From positions 4,439 to 68,438 of the forward strand of contig DDWQ01000014.1 of NCBI GenBank assembly GCA_002345745.1: DNA of 64,000 nucleotides, read 5' to 3'. A model generated the notes under the pieces. That model was not told the origin of the DNA and ran no database searches. It worked only from the letters and a program-made list of their open reading frames with translations. Shown here one piece after another: positions 60,018 to 64,000 of the stretch (its first letter is position 1; every line of letters begins with the position of its first letter). The DNA comes from Candidatus Moranbacteria bacterium UBA2282. Its GTDB lineage: Bacteria; Patescibacteriota; Minisyncoccia; Moranbacterales; UBA2206. Position numbers and translations under genes: made by a program.

Positions 60018-60668
60018 ATGAAAATTTTTATTGATTTTGATGATGTGTTGTTTAATACAAAAAAATTTAGAACTGACTATTTGAATATTTTTAAGAAACA
60101 CGGGATATCCAAAAAAGTTTTTGAAGTATGCTATTATAGTGCAGTAAAAAGTAAAAAAAATATTAGGCAATATAATCCAGTAAAGCATATAGAAAGATTA
60201 ACTAAGTTGAATAATATCAATCCAGTAGCACTACAAAAAGATGTAATTAATTTTGTAAAAGATACTAGCAAATATATTTTTAATGATGTTGGTATTTTTT
60301 TAGAAAGATTTAAAAAAAGAGATTTGATTATTGCTTCTTTCTCAGAAACTGATTTTCAAAAAGCAAAAATAGTCAATTCTGGTATAACTAAAAATTTTCA
60401 CAAAGTCGAAATTATAAATGAGCTAAAATCAAGAATTGTTGGTAATTTAATTAAATCAGAAAAATTACTAGCTGATACAGATGTCTATTTTATTGATGAT
60501 AGAGTAGAACAATTAGCAGATGTTAAACAAAAATTTCCCCAAATTAAAACAATACTATTAAAAAGAAAAGAGGGGAGATATAATGATCGAAAAAATAAAT
60601 ATTGTGATTTTGTTTGTCATAATTTAGAACAAGCTGAAAAAATTATTTTAAAATTTAATGGAAAATAA
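60018..60668 (+). CDS. HAD-superfamily hydrolase (putative)
   Basis: Motif I IDFDDVLFNT (DxDx[TV]); weak otherwise. Confidence 0.45.
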   Translation: MKIFIDFDDVLFNTKKFRTDYLNIFKKHGISKKVFEVCYYSAVKSKKNIRQYNPVKHIERLTKLNNINPVALQKDVINFVKDTSKYIFNDVGIFLERFKKRDLIIASFSETDFQKAKIVNSGITKNFHKVEIINELKSRIVGNLIKSEKLLADTDVYFIDDRVEQLADVKQKFPQIKTILLKRKEGRYNDRKNKYCDFVCHNLEQAEKIILKFNGK

Positions 60669-62160
60669 AAAGCAAAAAACAGGTGACGTAGAGACGCGAT
60701 TAATTGCGTCTCTACCTGAGGAAAAAACAAATGAAAAGTTTTTTACTCTGTCAGAATTTCGACATGAGGTTGGTATCCCACTGGTGCTAGCTAAGAAGCT
60801 AGTGCTTTGGGGTGAAATTGAAGCTGCGCGCGCGGTGGACGGAACTATTCGAATTGCTGGAACGGAAGTTTCAAGGGCGATTAAGCTTATTGAAAATCCA
60901 TGGGTTAAAGGTTATTATTTTGTGCGGGCGCTAGGACCAGGACTCATAACTGGCGCATCAGATGATGATCCATCAGGGATTGGAACCTATTCAGCGGTTG
61001 GGGCAAAATTTGGATTTGCTATTTTATGGATGGCTGCTTGGCTTCTTCCAATGATGCTAGCAATCCAAGAAGCTTGTGCTAGAATCGGAATTGTAACTGG
61101 TCGTGGTTTGGCAGGTGTCTTGCAAAAACATTATAAAAAGAAATTCGTAGCTGGTGCGGTAGCACTTTTGATTATTGCAAATGTGGCTAACATTGGAGCA
61201 GATCTTGGGGCGATGGCTGCATCTTTGCAACTGTTAATGAAAATAAACTTCTATGTAGCTGTAACTTTTTTTGCATTGCTAACAATATTTCTTGAAATTT
61301 TTGTGGGTTACCATATTTATGTCAAAGTTTTGAAATGGTTGTCGATTTCCGTGTTGGCATATATTGTTGCTGGAATTATGATTAAGCCTGAATGGCACGA
61401 AGTTTTTAGCAACGCATTTATTCCGCAAATAAGTTTTAGCCGAGAATATGTTTTTGCTATGATTGCAGTTTTTGGAACCACAATTACTCCGTATTTATTT
61501 TTCTGGCAAGCTTCCGGAGAGGTTGAGGAGAATCGAGTACATAAAAAAATAGAAGGTTTTTTCCGCAAAAGAGAAAATCATCTGCATAATCGAATTGTTA
61601 GAATGAGAACTGATGTTGGCACGGGGATGATTTTGGCGAATATTGTTTTCTTTTTTATCATATTGACGACCGCCCAAGTGCTTTTTAAAAATGGGATAAC
61701 TAGTATAGAGTCTGCTGAACAGGCGGCGTTAGCGTTGAAACCATTAGCGGGCAAACATGCTTTTCTGCTTTTTGCATTGGGCATCATTGGCACTGGAATG
61801 CTAGCGGTGCCAATTCTAGCTGGTTCGGGTGCCTATGCTTTGTCGGAAATAATGAAATGGCGCGAAGGATTGGAAGAAAAATTTTCCAGAGCTAAGGGTT
61901 TCTATATGATAATAACCATTTCTATTTTAGTGGGATTGTCTCTTAATTTTTTTCATATCAATCCAATTCTGGCTTTGTATTATTCTGCCTTTCTGAATGG
62001 TGTTATATCTGTGCCGCTTTTGATTGCAATTATGGTGGTTGGAAATGATGTGAAAATTATGGGCAAGGAAACACATCCAAAATGGGTTTGGTTTTTCGGC
62101 TGGCTGGCTATTATAGCAATGATAATTGCAATTATTACAGCAGTAATTTTATATTGGTAG
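60658..62160 (+). CDS. Nramp/MntH-family divalent metal transporter with ~70-aa N-terminal extension
   Basis: GPGLITGASDDDPSGIGTYSAVGAKFGF resembles the Nramp DPGN region; ~11 TM. Confidence 0.55.
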   Translation: MENKKQKTGDVETRLIASLPEEKTNEKFFTLSEFRHEVGIPLVLAKKLVLWGEIEAARAVDGTIRIAGTEVSRAIKLIENPWVKGYYFVRALGPGLITGASDDDPSGIGTYSAVGAKFGFAILWMAAWLLPMMLAIQEACARIGIVTGRGLAGVLQKHYKKKFVAGAVALLIIANVANIGADLGAMAASLQLLMKINFYVAVTFFALLTIFLEIFVGYHIYVKVLKWLSISVLAYIVAGIMIKPEWHEVFSNAFIPQISFSREYVFAMIAVFGTTITPYLFFWQASGEVEENRVHKKIEGFFRKRENHLHNRIVRMRTDVGTGMILANIVFFFIILTTAQVLFKNGITSIESAEQAALALKPLAGKHAFLLFALGIIGTGMLAVPILAGSGAYALSEIMKWREGLEEKFSRAKGFYMIITISILVGLSLNFFHINPILALYYSAFLNGVISVPLLIAIMVVGNDVKIMGKETHPKWVWFFGWLAIIAMIIAIITAVILYW

Positions 62161-62193
62161 TAAGATTGATTAATTTAAAAATAAGATAAATTT

Positions 62194-64000
62194 ATGTGTG
62201 GAATTGTTGGCTATATTGGAAAACAAAAAGCCCAATCGATCTTGGTCGAAGGCTTAAAGAGACTTGAATATCGAGGTTATGATTCTGCCGGCATCGCTAT
62301 ATTGGATGGAAATTCAGTTTTTTCAGCAAAGGCTGTTGGCAAAGTTGTTGAATTAGAAAAAAAGATAGTAAATCAAAATATCGATGGAAACATTGGTATT
62401 GCACACACGCGTTGGGCTACTCATGGCATTCCATCTGGAATAAATGCTCATCCTCATTGTGATTGCAAAGGCAAGATCTGGCTTGTGCATAATGGAATAT
62501 TCGAAAATTATCAACAAATAAAACAACATTTAACAGAAAAGGGACATATTTTTAAATCAGAAACTGATACGGAGGCACTTGCTCATTTGATAGAGGATTT
62601 ATATGACGGCGATTTGTTAGAAGCAGTAAAAAATGCACTAAAGATAGTAAGGGGAACTTATGGTATCGTTGTTTTTCATGCAGATGAGCCAAATAAAATT
62701 ATCGCTGCTAAAAAAGGCTCACCATTGGTCATCGGTTTAGGCACTGATGAAACTATAATAGCTTCTGATGTTTCTGCAATCTTACGACACACAAAGCAAG
62801 TCATTTATCTTGATGATGGAGAAATTGCAATGATTGATAATAATGGACTAAAAATATTCAATTCTGATAATGCTGAAATAACAAAAGAAGTTAGTGAGAT
62901 AGAGTGGGATATAAATCAAGCGCAAAAAGATGGTTATCCACATTTTATGATTAAGGAAATTTTTGCACAACCAGAAACAATAACTAGTAGTATTCGCGGA
63001 AGACTGCTGGTAGAGGAAGGCAAGGCAAAGCTTGGCGGTCTTCATTCTGTAGCTGAAAAACTCAGAGGCATAGACAGAATTGTTCTAGTTGCCTGCGGGA
63101 CAGCCAGATGTGCTGCACTTGTAGGTGAATATATGCTCGAAGAATATGCTGGAATACCAACAGAAGTTGATTATGCTCATGAATTTAGGTATAAAAAACA
63201 AATTTTAGATAGCAAAACGGTGGTTATTGTTTTGAGTCAATCAGGAGAAACAGCTGATTCTCTAGCCGCAGTTAAGGAAGCCAAAGAAAAAGGAATTCTA
63301 ACTTTAGGAATTGTGAATGCAGTTGGATCTTCAATTGCTAGAGAAACTGACGCGGGAATATATAATCATGTTGGACCAGAAATTTCCGTAGCATCAACAA
63401 AGGCCTTCACCTCTCAGCTTGCCATTCTGTCTTTGCTGACTCTTTTTCTAGGTAGACAGCGGGATATGTCCCTCGTGACCGGACAAAGAATTGCAAAGGA
63501 ATTGTTGCTTTTACCGGAAAAAATAAAGAAGGTTTTAGAATTGGATGATCAAATAAAAGATATTGCGAAAAAATATAGCAAGGCTACAAGTTTTGCTTTC
63601 TTAGGTAGAAAGTATAATCATCCCGTAGCTTTTGAAGGAGCAATAAAATTAAAAGAGCTTTCATATATTCATGCTGAGGGTTTTCCTGCAGGAGAGATGA
63701 AGCACGGTCCGATTGCTATGATTGATGAAAATTTTCCGTCATTTTATTTTATCCCGCAAGATAGTGTTTATGAAAAAAATATAAGTAATATGCAAGAGAT
63801 AAAAGCACGTGGCGGGAAAGTCATCGTTGTTGCTACGGAGGGTGATGAAAAAATAAAAGATATCGCCGATGATGTGATTTATATTCCCAAAACATTAGAA
63901 ATGCTTACTCCCATATTAGCTACGATTCCAACCCAGCTTTTTGCATATCATATGGCAGTGCTAAAAGGCTTGGACGTTGATAAGCCCAGAAATTTAGCCA
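62194..64000 (+). CDS. glmS: glutamine--fructose-6-phosphate aminotransferase, 5' partial (runs off the window end)
   Basis: MCGIVGYIG N-terminal nucleophile Cys; SIS domains (LSQSGETADS). Confidence 0.85.
   Translation, partial: MCGIVGYIGKQKAQSILVEGLKRLEYRGYDSAGIAILDGNSVFSAKAVGKVVELEKKIVNQNIDGNIGIAHTRWATHGIPSGINAHPHCDCKGKIWLVHNGIFENYQQIKQHLTEKGHIFKSETDTEALAHLIEDLYDGDLLEAVKNALKIVRGTYGIVVFHADEPNKIIAAKKGSPLVIGLGTDETIIASDVSAILRHTKQVIYLDDGEIAMIDNNGLKIFNSDNAEITKEVSEIEWDINQAQKDGYPHFMIKEIFAQPETITSSIRGRLLVEEGKAKLGGLHSVAEKLRGIDRIVLVACGTARCAALVGEYMLEEYAGIPTEVDYAHEFRYKKQILDSKTVVIVLSQSGETADSLAAVKEAKEKGILTLGIVNAVGSSIARETDAGIYNHVGPEISVASTKAFTSQLAILSLLTLFLGRQRDMSLVTGQRIAKELLLLPEKIKKVLELDDQIKDIAKKYSKATSFAFLGRKYNHPVAFEGAIKLKELSYIHAEGFPAGEMKHGPIAMIDENFPSFYFIPQDSVYEKNISNMQEIKARGGKVIVVATEGDEKIKDIADDVIYIPKTLEMLTPILATIPTQLFAYHMAVLKGLDVDKPRNLA

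Overview
AT-rich (~33-35% GC by eye) bacterial chromosome segment. Almost all genes sit on the + strand, are short and tightly packed, and rarely have strong Shine-Dalgarno sequences. By inference this is compatible with a reduced-genome bacterium such as CPR/Patescibacteria; no search was run. The housekeeping backbone has pyk, ridA-ilvA, a dnaG-rpoD macromolecular-synthesis pair, recQ, radC, typA, tsaC, lgt, rsmI, metG, tatD, a complete F1Fo ATP synthase operon (atpZ-like, atpB/E/F/H/A/G/D/C), leuS, a sugar nucleotidyltransferase, yvcK, an Nramp transporter and the 5' part of glmS. There are two tRNAs (Ser-GGA, Asn-GTT). The accessory or unusual content is: (1) a ~3.2 kb segment next to tRNA-Asn bounded by 46-47 bp direct repeats that rebuild the tRNA 3' end; it carries two tandem Fic-domain genes and no integrase. 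(2) A cell-envelope cluster of a sortase with thrombospondin-type Ca-binding repeats, an adjacent DUF11/SdrD-B surface protein with a non-canonical C-terminal sorting signal, a CHAP protein and a CARDB protein. (3) Three paralogs of a membrane-anchored, 4-Cys GH73/FlgJ-like 'ESxWG...YNYWG' domain. (4) A Phd/YefM-like N-terminus fused to a PD-(D/E)xK-like domain beside radC. (5) A GC-rich palindromic in-frame insert in tatD that resembles a GC-rich hairpin next to tRNA-Ser. (6) A ~150-aa insert with a nucleotidyltransferase-like motif inside LeuS. (7) Two recurring families of intergenic palindromes, TAGACTTGTT...AACAAGTCTA abutting stop and start codons, and TACAAAA/TTTTGTA arrays upstream of typA and atpD. 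No CRISPR array, rRNA or obvious transposase was seen. Every call rests on reading the supplied translations and sequence by eye; no database searches were run.
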